A DNA stretch of 64,000 bases from positions 1 through 64,000 of the forward strand of contig JAIDOW010000067.1 of assembly GCA_029063085.1 (NCBI GenBank), given 5' to 3'. This document shows positions 46,604-56,179 of this stretch, piece by piece (position 1 is the stretch's first letter; each line of letters starts with the position of its first letter). This DNA is from Lachnospiraceae bacterium. Lineage in GTDB: Bacteria > Bacillota > Clostridia > Lachnospirales > Lachnospiraceae. The notes under the pieces are model-generated. The model did no database searches. It was not told the DNA's origin and was given only the letters and a program-made list of their open reading frames with translations. Position numbers and translations under genes: made by a program.

Positions 46604-47875
46604 TTAATTCGGATAGAACGAAACCGGATATATATCACCTTTTTTCCGAAGACCTATTTGTATTTCATAATCCATCAGTTTTTGATGTGCCGTTGATATG
46701 CTTCCTGGCTGTCCAACCTGAATATCCGCATCTCCTTCATAAGTAAAACGATTCAGCCAGTCACATTTTCCAAAACCAATCATAGAACCTTCCGCATAAT
46801 TATATCCTGCATCATATCCTGCTTCATTATATGCGCCAATATAACATAATCTATAATTTCCAAGGGACAGATATTCCGGGATATATCCCTTTAACCGGTG
46901 TGTCCCCGTCACAATACTTTCTGACTGTTTTAAAAAAACAGAAGCCGTTTCTCCGGTATCACCATTTTTATATACCAGATAAATGGAGTGAATCCCTATT
47001 TCATCCTCTACCGACACCTCATATTCGGCAATTCCTGGTGTTTTTCCATCATATTCCATCAATCGGATTCCTGTGATAAGCGGTGCTTCAAAATAATCCT
47101 GCTTCACAGCTTTCGTTGTGCCTCCATATACCTTCGCATGTTTTGGTACTATTTTCGTTCCATCCGTTTTTTCAAGCCCATAATAAGCGGCAATTCCGTT
47201 TGCATCGGCCCTGGCAAGTGTCTTCAAACCCTCGTCCGATTGAAGAAATTTTCTATCTGTTTCTGAATCCATGTAACAATGCTCTATGATCATAGAAGGC
47301 ATACCATTATTATACGAATGTCTGAGAATCCCATAGTAATCATCAAAGCTTCCGTCCGACCGCCTTCCTCCCATCTGGGTAACTCTTGCAAATGTTCCTG
47401 CATTCTGAAGACCTGCTGCCTCGAATTCCCCTAACAGTAAATCTGCAAATTCCTGAAGCTTCTGCCTTCTGCCTTCCCCTGTACTAATATATATGGAGGC
47501 TCCTGATGATTTATGGGAAGCACTGGCATTGCAATGTACACTCAGTAAAACATCTGCTCCTGCTTTTGCTGCCCGTAAAGCCCGCTCGGACAATCCTACT
47601 TCTTCATCTTCCTCCCTGGTCAATACCACTGACACATGCGAATACTGTTCCAATTCCTGTTGTACCAATTTGGCCAGTTTCAGATTAATATCCTTTTCCT
47701 TTAATCCATAGTAATAGGCTCCGTCTTCCCCTCCTCCATGTCCGGGATCCAGTGCAATCGTCACTGTTCCTTTTTGAGCACATACAGAAAAACAGAACAG
47801 ACCCTGTAGGAAAAAGACGGCTATTATGAAAAACAGATATCTCTCAATTTGTTTTACAATTTTTATCATATTCAT
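46604..47875 (-). CDS. N-acetylmuramoyl-L-alanine amidase (Amidase_3 family) with a C-terminal extra domain
   Basis: Signal/TM anchor, then TIALDPGHGGGEDGAYYYGLKEKDINL (Amidase_3), then a ~200-aa C-terminal beta-rich domain. The start is set at the internal MNMIKIV (GGAG RBS); the ORF extends to 47962. Confidence 0.7.
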   Translation of the reverse strand: MNMIKIVKQIERYLFFIIAVFFLQGLFCFSVCAQKGTVTIALDPGHGGGEDGAYYYGLKEKDINLKLAKLVQQELEQYSHVSVVLTREEDEEVGLSERALRAAKAGADVLLSVHCNASASHKSSGASIYISTGEGRRQKLQEFADLLLGEFEAAGLQNAGTFARVTQMGGRRSDGSFDDYYGILRHSYNNGMPSMIIEHCYMDSETDRKFLQSDEGLKTLARADANGIAAYYGLEKTDGTKIVPKHAKVYGGTTKAVKQDYFEAPLITGIRLMEYDGKTPGIAEYEVSVEDEIGIHSIYLVYKNGDTGETASVFLKQSESIVTGTHRLKGYIPEYLSLGNYRLCYIGAYNEAGYDAGYNYAEGSMIGFGKCDWLNRFTYEGDADIQVGQPGSISTAHQKLMDYEIQIGLRKKGDIYPVSFYPN

Positions 47876-47977
47876 TACGCTCCTTTTCAAAAACATCAGT
47901 CTCTGTAACAAGTATACGCTTTTACACGCATAAACATTAACATAGTTTATTAAGAAACGCAAGAATCCTGTCCCCTT

Positions 47978-49150
47978 CTATTTGCGACGGGTTTTCTGAC
48001 TGGAAATAATGACCAGCGTAATAGCAAAAATGACTAATGCATATCCAAACACCAATCCTATCTGAGAAAAAATCTCACCCGAAAGTCCACTGCTAAGCTT
48101 TTTCATTTCTCCAATCATTTCATTAGTGGCTACATACCAATAAGTTGGAAAGAACCTGGATACCTTCACAATCGTGTCACTGAAGAATTGCTGCGGAACG
48201 AATACTCCGCCTAAAAAACAAAGTCCAAGACTTACAATGTTTACCAGACCATTCACCGCCTCATTGTTCCCTGCAACTGTTCCGGTTAAAAATCCAAGAC
48301 TCAGTCCAAATACCAGCATAGAAAACAGGTTCAACAGGAAAAACGGAAAGCGCATATCCGCATAGATACTCCCTCCTGAAAGAATTCCCGCAATCACAAG
48401 AATTACCGCAAACATGATTAGCCCGAATACCAAAATACCTGCACTGATTCCTGCCACCCTCTCCTTCATAGTCAATGCACTGCACTCCATTCTGTCTTTT
48501 ACATCTCGGGCATTAAACCGGAGCAGAATAACTCCAACCCCATTCATCCCAAGAGTAATAAACAGATACGGGGCATAAATAAAAAAGATCGTACACGCAT
48601 CATTCTGTTTTTTATTTACAAAAGAAGCAAAAGAAACCTCCGCCTTTTGTGATTGCAGCCTGCTTAGTTCTTCTTCTGCATCTTCCATGGAATATCCCGC
48701 TGCCAGCAAACCTGTGAGTTTCTGTACATACAGTTTCAGTTCCGCTTCAAAGTAATCTGCCTCAAACATCCCCGGCACTTTCATACTTTCAAAAGACATT
48801 GTTTCCACGTTGTCATTTAGCAGACTTTCTTCCAGTCCCTCCGGAATTACCAGCACATAATTTATTTTTCTCCAATAAAGCTCATCTAAGATTTTCTCCT
48901 CTTCATATTCTATGTCTATCAGATTATGAGTTTCACCAAAGTATCCCCTGAGTGCCGTTCCCAATGTCCCACAATCCTTATCAATAATGGCAATATCCAG
49001 TTTTGTCACTTCACTTGACATTTCACTGTTCGTTGCAAGACTACTATTACTTGTCATAACCAGAGCAACTGCAATAAAAATCACAAAGTACATTATGATG
49101 ATTCCCTTATAGGCATTAAACAATCTGAAATATGTTTTAAAGACTTGCAT
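47978..49150 (-). CDS. ABC-2 family transporter permease
   Basis: 390-aa ORF with an N-terminal TM helix, an extracytoplasmic domain and 5 C-terminal TM helices. Confidence 0.7.
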   Translation of the reverse strand: MQVFKTYFRLFNAYKGIIIMYFVIFIAVALVMTSNSSLATNSEMSSEVTKLDIAIIDKDCGTLGTALRGYFGETHNLIDIEYEEEKILDELYWRKINYVLVIPEGLEESLLNDNVETMSFESMKVPGMFEADYFEAELKLYVQKLTGLLAAGYSMEDAEEELSRLQSQKAEVSFASFVNKKQNDACTIFFIYAPYLFITLGMNGVGVILLRFNARDVKDRMECSALTMKERVAGISAGILVFGLIMFAVILVIAGILSGGSIYADMRFPFFLLNLFSMLVFGLSLGFLTGTVAGNNEAVNGLVNIVSLGLCFLGGVFVPQQFFSDTIVKVSRFFPTYWYVATNEMIGEMKKLSSGLSGEIFSQIGLVFGYALVIFAITLVIISSQKTRRK

Positions 49151-50270
49151 ACTTTGTCCTCCTTAATTTCAATATACTTATGATAAGAAGCAAAACACCT
49201 ATCGCCAGAAGTGTAATCATATTCACCGCATACTGCTTATAGTCCCCAAAAACCGCCAGACTTTTAAATGCATTGACAATCAGCGTTGCCGGGTTGATCC
49301 GGTTGATAACAGGACAGTTTTTTTCCAAAACATAAGTGATATCTCCCCATTGCAGTCCTCCCAAAAAAGAACTCGTCATAAAAAATGCAACATTAAGCCC
49401 CTCCTTTTTGGTCTTGGAACCTTTAAAGACAACCGCCATCATGTTACCTGCGGCAAGACCTACAAAGCTTCCTGCCCATGTCCCCAGTAAAATAAAGCCT
49501 GCATTGTTTCCAAAATCCTGTTTATATACAAATACCAGTACTGCCAGAACACCGGTCATCATGATACAATAGATAAATAAAGATGCCAAAAAATCTGTCA
49601 TGATCTGTTGCATCTTTCCGGTTGGTGCCACATTTCTTCTGGCCCCCACTGCTGACAGATCTGCCTGGATCTTTAATCCATTTTCAAGACCCACCATAGA
49701 TGCAATCAGACATGCCATGGCAAGCAGTGCATAGAAATACTGGGTATACGGAGATTTATCCTGTCCCTTTAAAGAAATATTTTCTACTGCGACCCCTTCA
49801 TCAGAATCAAGACTCGTTATCAGCTTTTCCATCTGTTCCGGCTTGTTCTTTGCGACATCCTCTATCATCAAATAATTCTGCTTATATTGGTCCAGAAATG
49901 TCTTAATTAAAGAACTGGATATGTCCATTTTTTTGACCACCAAAGAAAAGTCCTCACCTTTTACCAGAATATATCCGCATATTTCCTTCTTTTGCATTGC
50001 GTCCTCTGCCTTTTCCTTACTGTCATATTCATAAACCTCAAACATATTGAGACCTTCTTCCATCTCCGTCTCTTTTAATAATTCTATAAATATATCATTT
50101 TCTTTCTCTAAAATGACACCTACCGGCACCTCTGAAAACTGCTCTGCATTACCAAGATTTCCAAACATAAAATAGAACACCATTCCAAGAAAAATCGGAA
50201 ACAGCACTGCCCAGAAAACAGCAGAACGTGTCCTTAGCATCATTTTAATACGATACCAAAAATGCTGCAT
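49137..50270 (-). CDS. ABC-2 family transporter permease
   Basis: 377-aa ORF with the same topology as the neighbouring permease. Its stop overlaps the downstream permease's start. Confidence 0.7.
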   Translation of the reverse strand: MQHFWYRIKMMLRTRSAVFWAVLFPIFLGMVFYFMFGNLGNAEQFSEVPVGVILEKENDIFIELLKETEMEEGLNMFEVYEYDSKEKAEDAMQKKEICGYILVKGEDFSLVVKKMDISSSLIKTFLDQYKQNYLMIEDVAKNKPEQMEKLITSLDSDEGVAVENISLKGQDKSPYTQYFYALLAMACLIASMVGLENGLKIQADLSAVGARRNVAPTGKMQQIMTDFLASLFIYCIMMTGVLAVLVFVYKQDFGNNAGFILLGTWAGSFVGLAAGNMMAVVFKGSKTKKEGLNVAFFMTSSFLGGLQWGDITYVLEKNCPVINRINPATLIVNAFKSLAVFGDYKQYAVNMITLLAIGVLLLIISILKLRRTKYASL

Positions 50271-50282
50271 ATCTTTTCCCCC

Positions 50283-51215
50283 TTAATCTCTTAATTCTTT
50301 CCCCGTAATCTCCAAAAATACATCATTTAACGTTGGCAGTTCCGAATGTACCCCGCCAAATCCTGCTTCCTTCTCTTTCAATAAGTCCAACAGCCTTAAT
50401 AAATTATGTTTTCCCTTAGAAAACTTCACTTTTAGCAAGTGGTTTTCATAATGAACCTGAATCACATGGGGAAGATGGGTAATCTCCTCCTTCAGTTCAT
50501 CCGGCAGTTCCAGCACCTCAACGCTGATAGTTTCTCCAAGGTCGATCATTGCCTTCAATTCATCCTTTGTGCCTATGGCAACATTTTTTCCCTTATCCAT
50601 AATAGCAATGCGGGTACAGATCTGTTCCACCTCTTCCATGTAATGGGAAGTATAAATAACTGTTGCACCCTCTTGGTTCAGGTTCTGGATGCCCTCTAAT
50701 ATTTTGTTACGGCTTTGGGGATCAACTGCCACCGTAGGCTCGTCCAAAATAATCAGCTTAGGCTTATGTGCAACTCCGCAGGCAATATTTAATCTCCGCA
50801 GAAGTCCGCCGGATAATTTCTTGGGAAGAAATTTCCGATAATCTTTCAAATCCACAAATTCAATAGCTTCTTCCACCATCTGTTTTCTTTTCGCCTTATC
50901 CTTTACATAAAGCCCGCAGAAATAATCTATATTTTCATATACGGTAAGCTCTTCAAATACAGCTACATTCTGCATAATAACCCCGATATCCTTTTTTATA
51001 TCATAGCTCTTAGGTGTCATTTCCCTGCCAAATATCTCAATGTTTCCTTTATCATATTCCAAAAGAGCCAGCAGACAGTTAATCGTGGTAGACTTACCGC
51101 TTCCATTTGGTCCCAGAAGTCCAAAGATTTCCCCTTCCTCTATCTCCAGATTAAAATGATCCAAGGCAAGCAGATCACCGTATCTCTTTACCAGATTCTC
51201 AATTTTTACGACCAT
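50283..51215 (-). CDS. ABC transporter ATP-binding protein (ABC-2 type)
   Basis: Walker A GPNGSGKST, signature LSGGLLRRLNIACGV, Walker B ILDEPTVAVD. Confidence 0.85.
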   Translation of the reverse strand: MVVKIENLVKRYGDLLALDHFNLEIEEGEIFGLLGPNGSGKSTTINCLLALLEYDKGNIEIFGREMTPKSYDIKKDIGVIMQNVAVFEELTVYENIDYFCGLYVKDKAKRKQMVEEAIEFVDLKDYRKFLPKKLSGGLLRRLNIACGVAHKPKLIILDEPTVAVDPQSRNKILEGIQNLNQEGATVIYTSHYMEEVEQICTRIAIMDKGKNVAIGTKDELKAMIDLGETISVEVLELPDELKEEITHLPHVIQVHYENHLLKVKFSKGKHNLLRLLDLLKEKEAGFGGVHSELPTLNDVFLEITGKELRD

Positions 51216-51468
51216 CTATTATTCTCCCTTCCTGTAACATAAACCACCTGATGCTGCATATGCGGATCAAATGGTTTCTTTTCAGTCCCTGACCGACTGT
51301 TTATCCTGATATTACTCTATACGAATAAAGAATTGTAGTGTAAAATGTAAAAAAACTGCATGACAAATGTCACTTTTTTTCTGAAACACTTGCCAAAATC
51401 ATTGAATTCCATTATCGTAAAACTAGTTTTATCCGAAACTCACGATAACAAAGAACGGAGATTACATT

Positions 51469-52554
51469 ATGTCAACCTATATAGATTCCATTATCCTGCT
51501 CCTGCTCTGTGGTGCCATATATCCTTTAAACCAGCCGACAGCTTTCCATATTATGTGCATTCTTCTGGTATTGTCAACATACTGCTTCGAATGCATTATC
51601 CAAAACAGTAAAATTCTTACTGTCCTTGGCTTGATTCCTTTTTTTCTGTGCCTGCTGATACCGGACTTATCCGTATTTCTGCCCATGTTGTGTTATATGT
51701 ATTTTTATCGCAGACAGTACCATTTGCCTTGTCTTTATATAATACCGACACTACAATATCTTTATAAGACCGGTCTTTCTACAGGACTTCTCATTTTTTT
51801 GCTCGGTATGCTCAGCTTTTATCTTGCCTGTCAAAACCGCCTTCGCAATACCCTTTCACAGACAGTCAGAAAATTTCGTGACAACAGTGTGGAACGGGAA
51901 TATCTATTGAAAAAACATAATACAGAGCTTTTGGAGCAGCAGAATAACCAGATTTATATCGCAACCTTAAAGGAACGAAACCGGATTGCAAGAGAAATCC
52001 ATGACAACGTAGGACATATGCTCTCTCGTTCTATCTTGCAGGTAGGTGCTTTGCTTGCGATATGCAAAGATGAAAAAATCCGGCCACATCTAACCGCATT
52101 AAAAGAAACACTAAACGATGCCATGAACAGCATTCGGAACAGTGTCCATGACCTGCATGACGAGTCCATTGATCTGCATGAAGCCATGAACAGTCTCATA
52201 AGCAGTTTTTCTTTCTGCCCCGTCCAATTTAACTGCCAGACATCAAGAAATATATCAAAAGAAGTAAAATACTGCTTCCTTGCCATTACAAAGGAAGCAC
52301 TGAATAACACAATGAAACACAGCAACGCCACCAGACTTTCCATTACAGTAAAGGAACTGCCCGGATATGACCAGCTATTAATTGAGGATAATGGAACCAC
52401 AACTGCTGATTCTGTTTCCAATCTTACACAAACCGGAGGCATTGGTTTATCCAATATGACAGAACGTGTTCATGCCATACATGGAATCATCCATATCAAT
52501 ACACAAAATGGCTTCCGGATTTTTGTATCCATACCTAAAAAACCGGCCGCCTGA
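51469..52554 (+). CDS. Sensor histidine kinase, HisKA_3 family (YvfT/LiaS/DesK-like), 5 TM
   Basis: 361-aa ORF with a polytopic N-terminus, a HisKA_3 H-box RNRIAREIHDNVGHMLS, and a C-terminal HATPase_c (GGIGLSNMTERV). Confidence 0.85.
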   Translation: MSTYIDSIILLLLCGAIYPLNQPTAFHIMCILLVLSTYCFECIIQNSKILTVLGLIPFFLCLLIPDLSVFLPMLCYMYFYRRQYHLPCLYIIPTLQYLYKTGLSTGLLIFLLGMLSFYLACQNRLRNTLSQTVRKFRDNSVEREYLLKKHNTELLEQQNNQIYIATLKERNRIAREIHDNVGHMLSRSILQVGALLAICKDEKIRPHLTALKETLNDAMNSIRNSVHDLHDESIDLHEAMNSLISSFSFCPVQFNCQTSRNISKEVKYCFLAITKEALNNTMKHSNATRLSITVKELPGYDQLLIEDNGTTTADSVSNLTQTGGIGLSNMTERVHAIHGIIHINTQNGFRIFVSIPKKPAA

Positions 52555-52794
52555 TCGCTGTTTTTTCCTTCATACCATAATCTCTTTTATTCCTTTTCCC
52601 TTACAAATTTTCACAATTTTAACACAGAATTTTAATATTCATTAAAGCTTTTGGGGATATGCTATATTCAGATAGGAAAAATCCAAAACCATGGTCTGAG
52701 TCTTTTTCCATCACCCAGAGCTGTAAATACTTAACAATAAATCCACAGCGATTTTAATATTATACAAGAATGCATGAGTTCTTCAATATAATCA

Positions 52795-52937
52795 GTCAAA
52801 TACCCCGCAGTAAGCTACGGGGCATGCCCTAACTTCTCTTTAGCAAGTTCCCCCAAGAGGCGGGGTATTTGACCCTCGCGGCATTCGTCAAATGCTCGTG
52901 CAAGCACGGCACTTGGCACATTGCTTGCGGGAATAAA
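52795..52937. repeat. Copy B of the dispersed structured intergenic repeat (5' ATACCCCGC...GCGGGGTAT hairpin module plus 3' GCCAAATGC hairpin module), ~45 nt upstream of the ORF at 52980
   Basis: Aligns with 61846-62043. Stem changes are compensatory (CTGC/GCAG in copy A becomes CGTGC/GCACG in copy B). Confidence 0.6.
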
Positions 52938-52979
52938 ATGTAGGAAAGGAAAAATAATCCATCACTTTGTAAAGGACAA

Positions 52980-54827
52980 TTGGATTATACGAGAATGCTT
53001 ATGAATAAGAAATATATTGCATTAATAGTAACCCTTATACTTGCTGTTTCCATATTAGGAGGATGCTCCGGCAGCACTGATAGCAATGCTTCAAACAAAA
53101 ATACATTAGATTTCAGCAATACCACAATTCACGCTACTGTAACCGGCATAAGCGATAACAAAATCACACTATCACTTACCGGCAGAATAAGTACCGACCA
53201 CATTCCAAATACCAACAAGCCTTCTGAACCAGCTCCAGACCTGCCTGAACAGGCTGACGGAGAAAGTACAAACCAGTCCTCTCCCAAACAGCCAGACAAT
53301 GGAAACGATGATCAGGCTCCCCCCGAACAATCGGACGACGAAAACGGTAATCCGACTCCCCCTGAACAGGCAGACAACGGAAGCGGCAATCAGACTTCTC
53401 CCGAACAGGCAGATAACGGAAACGGCAATCCGTCTCCTTCTGAACAGATGAATAATAACACTACAACTTTTACATTAACCATAACTGATGAGTCTGTTCT
53501 TCAGGGCATCTCTCTATCCGATATCACCGAAGGCACTTTTTTATCTATTACCTTTGGTGACAAAAACACCATTACTTCCATTGCACAGGAAGTAATTTCC
53601 AATCCAAACGGCGGCAACCCACCTTCCGATAATGCACCTGGACAGACTGCTGTCAATACTGGAAGCGGTGCGGTAACTATTGACAAAGATACAACGGAGT
53701 CCGGCATTTCCTATTCTTCTGAAAATAAAGATGAAAATGCACTACGTATAGAAGGCTCTGTCAGCTACAATGGGGATTCCCTTACCATTCAGAAAAACAG
53801 CGGTGATACCAGTGATTCGGAAAGCAGTGATTTTTATGGTTTAAATGCTGGTATTCTAAGTCTGGACGGAGCAGATACCACCATAACCAATTCTGCCATT
53901 TCCACAGATGCCAAAGGTGCAAACGGTGTCTTCGCTTATGGAAATGATACCAGAGTAAACATAAGTGATACAAGCATTACCACCAATTCTGATAACTCCG
54001 GCGGTATCGACGCAACTGGCGGGGCATCTATAGAGGCCTCTAACCTCAATATTGAGACAAGCGGCAATTCTTCTGCCGCTATCCGCAGTGACCGTGGCGG
54101 CGGAACCCTCAATGTATCCCAGGGAACCTATACCACCAATGGCACTGGCTCTCCTGCCGTTTACTGTACTGCGAATATTACCGTATCAGATGCTGTTTTA
54201 ACCGCAAATGCTTCCGAAGGTATCGTTATTGAAGGGAAGAATTCCGTTACACTGGAAAACTGTAAAGTTACCGGCAATATGCAGGGTACCTATCACGGAG
54301 ATAAAAACGAAAATTTACACACAATCATGATATATCAGAGTATGTCTGGGGATGCTGAAGAAGGGGAAGGCACTTTGACAGTAAACGGCGGCAGCATTAC
54401 CGGGCTAAACGGAGATCTCATCTATACTACTAATACAACCTCCGTACTAAATTTAAACAACGTGGCGTTAACACTGTCAAATGAGGTTTTGCTCCGGGCG
54501 ACAGGCAATGACAGTTCCCGTGGCTGGGGCAATGCCGGAAGCAATGGTGCCGATATGAGTCTTTTTGCTAATAATCAAATATTAAATGGTAAGATCATTG
54601 TAGATGAAATTTCCTCTCTGCTTCTCACCCTATCGGAAGAAAGCTCTTTTGAAGGAAGCATCAATTCCGAACAAGAAGGCGGCAAAATTACTGTAACGCT
54701 TGATGACAGCAGCACATGGAAGCTTACTGGCGACAGTTATATTACTTCTTTTGAAGGCTCCCTTGATAATATAGATTCCAATGGATATACCCTGTATATT
54801 GACGGCACAGCACAAAACATTGGGTAA
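52980..54827 (+). CDS. Secreted lipoprotein with PEQADNGxGN tandem repeats and a C-terminal parallel beta-helix-like repeat region
   Basis: 615-aa ORF, with a possible TTG start at 52980 or an ATG about 5-7 codons downstream (MLMNKK/MNKK). A lipoprotein signal ILGGCSGS is present. The motif (P)EQADNG(N/S)GN(P/Q)(T/S)(S/P) occurs four times. The C-terminal 350 aa are rich in G/N/S/T with short repeating beta-strand motifs. Confidence 0.6.
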   Translation: MDYTRMLMNKKYIALIVTLILAVSILGGCSGSTDSNASNKNTLDFSNTTIHATVTGISDNKITLSLTGRISTDHIPNTNKPSEPAPDLPEQADGESTNQSSPKQPDNGNDDQAPPEQSDDENGNPTPPEQADNGSGNQTSPEQADNGNGNPSPSEQMNNNTTTFTLTITDESVLQGISLSDITEGTFLSITFGDKNTITSIAQEVISNPNGGNPPSDNAPGQTAVNTGSGAVTIDKDTTESGISYSSENKDENALRIEGSVSYNGDSLTIQKNSGDTSDSESSDFYGLNAGILSLDGADTTITNSAISTDAKGANGVFAYGNDTRVNISDTSITTNSDNSGGIDATGGASIEASNLNIETSGNSSAAIRSDRGGGTLNVSQGTYTTNGTGSPAVYCTANITVSDAVLTANASEGIVIEGKNSVTLENCKVTGNMQGTYHGDKNENLHTIMIYQSMSGDAEEGEGTLTVNGGSITGLNGDLIYTTNTTSVLNLNNVALTLSNEVLLRATGNDSSRGWGNAGSNGADMSLFANNQILNGKIIVDEISSLLLTLSEESSFEGSINSEQEGGKITVTLDDSSTWKLTGDSYITSFEGSLDNIDSNGYTLYIDGTAQNIG

Positions 54828-54871
54828 GCAAAAACAAGCAGTGATTATTATGTAAACTTACTAATCACTGC

Positions 54872-55141
54872 TTATCCGTTATCCTGAACACCCAAAAGAT
54901 ATTCACAAGATACCTGAAAAAACTCTGCTAATGCAACCACTTCATAATCCGGTACAAACCGTGTTCCCCTCTCTATCCGCAATACTGTCAGATCACTAAA
55001 TTCATATCCTGCAAGCTGAAGCTTTTCGGCAAGCGCTTTCTGGGATAACTTCCGTTCCTTCCTCAATTCATGAACCCGTTTTCCGATAAGATTCTTAGAA
55101 TTGTTCTCTTTATTCCAATAAATCTTCATGTATTCCTCCAC
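54872..55141 (-). CDS. XRE-family HTH transcriptional regulator (single domain)
   Basis: 89-aa ORF with HTH_3 (IGKRVHELRKERKLSQKALAEKLQLAGYEFSDLTVLRIERG). Confidence 0.8.
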   Translation of the reverse strand: MEEYMKIYWNKENNSKNLIGKRVHELRKERKLSQKALAEKLQLAGYEFSDLTVLRIERGTRFVPDYEVVALAEFFQVSCEYLLGVQDNG

Positions 55142-55555
55142 TCTTCTAAAGATGAAACATTATTATTGATTTTACGAAATAATTCTGATAATATACTTCT
55201 AATGGTGAAGTGATGAAGATATTTTTAAAATAGATATTCTGTTAAAAAGACTGACAGGATTAGGACATTCCAGTGGAGAGTTTATTAACCTTGATAATAT
55301 TTTTGAAATAATTTGTAATAATGTACATCGTTCTTATTATTCAAAATATAACAAAACCGAATATGAACTAAATGATAAAATATATAATATCCTCACCGCA
55401 GAAAATATGACAGCAGAACAAAAGCAACTATCCTGTTACAGGAACAATAATTTTCCACCTCAGACACATGATTCCGATTGTAGAGGGCAATAATCAATGC
55501 TATAATGGGAAATGCAGAAATATAATACCGAATTGAAATTCAGGAGATATGTAAA

Positions 55556-56179
55556 ATGCGTGTTGTATTGATAGATGATGACCAGCTGGTCTGTATGTCG
55601 CTAAAAATTATATTAGAAGCAGATGAAACGATTGAAATTGCCGCCATTGGAAATGACGGTTCACAGGCTCTTCCTCTTTACAGAGAATATATGCCTGATG
55701 TCCTTTTAATGGATATCCGAATGCAGAAAATGAACGGAACAGAGGCATTGGAAGAACTGCTTAAGGAATTTCCCACCGCCAAAGTATTATTTCTGACCAC
55801 CTTTGTGGATGATGAGTACATTATAAAAGCTTTGGAGCTGGGAGCAAAAGGTTATATTATCAAACAGAATTTTGAACACATTGTACCGGCGCTGAAAGCC
55901 GTTTATTCTGGTCAGAATGTTTATGGTGATGAAATTGCTGCCAAGATTCCCGATCTGATCAAATCCTCTGCCCCATTCAACTATGCTGCCTACGATATTT
56001 CAGAAAAAGAATATGAAATCATCACTTTGGTAGCAAAGGGCTTCAGCAATAAAGAAATTGCATCTCACCTGCATCTGGGGGAAGGCACCGTTCGGAACTA
56101 TCTAAGCACCATTCTTGAAAAGCTTAATCTTCGTGACCGTACCCGGCTCGCAATATTTTATTACCAGCATGAGGGATAG
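55556..56179 (+). CDS. NarL/FixJ (LuxR-HTH) family response regulator
   Basis: 207-aa ORF with a REC domain (VVLIDDD...DVLLMDIRMQKMNG...FLTTF) and a C-terminal LuxR HTH (EKEYEIITLVAKGFSNKEIASHLHLGEGTVRNYLSTILEKL). Confidence 0.9.
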   Translation: MRVVLIDDDQLVCMSLKIILEADETIEIAAIGNDGSQALPLYREYMPDVLLMDIRMQKMNGTEALEELLKEFPTAKVLFLTTFVDDEYIIKALELGAKGYIIKQNFEHIVPALKAVYSGQNVYGDEIAAKIPDLIKSSAPFNYAAYDISEKEYEIITLVAKGFSNKEIASHLHLGEGTVRNYLSTILEKLNLRDRTRLAIFYYQHEG

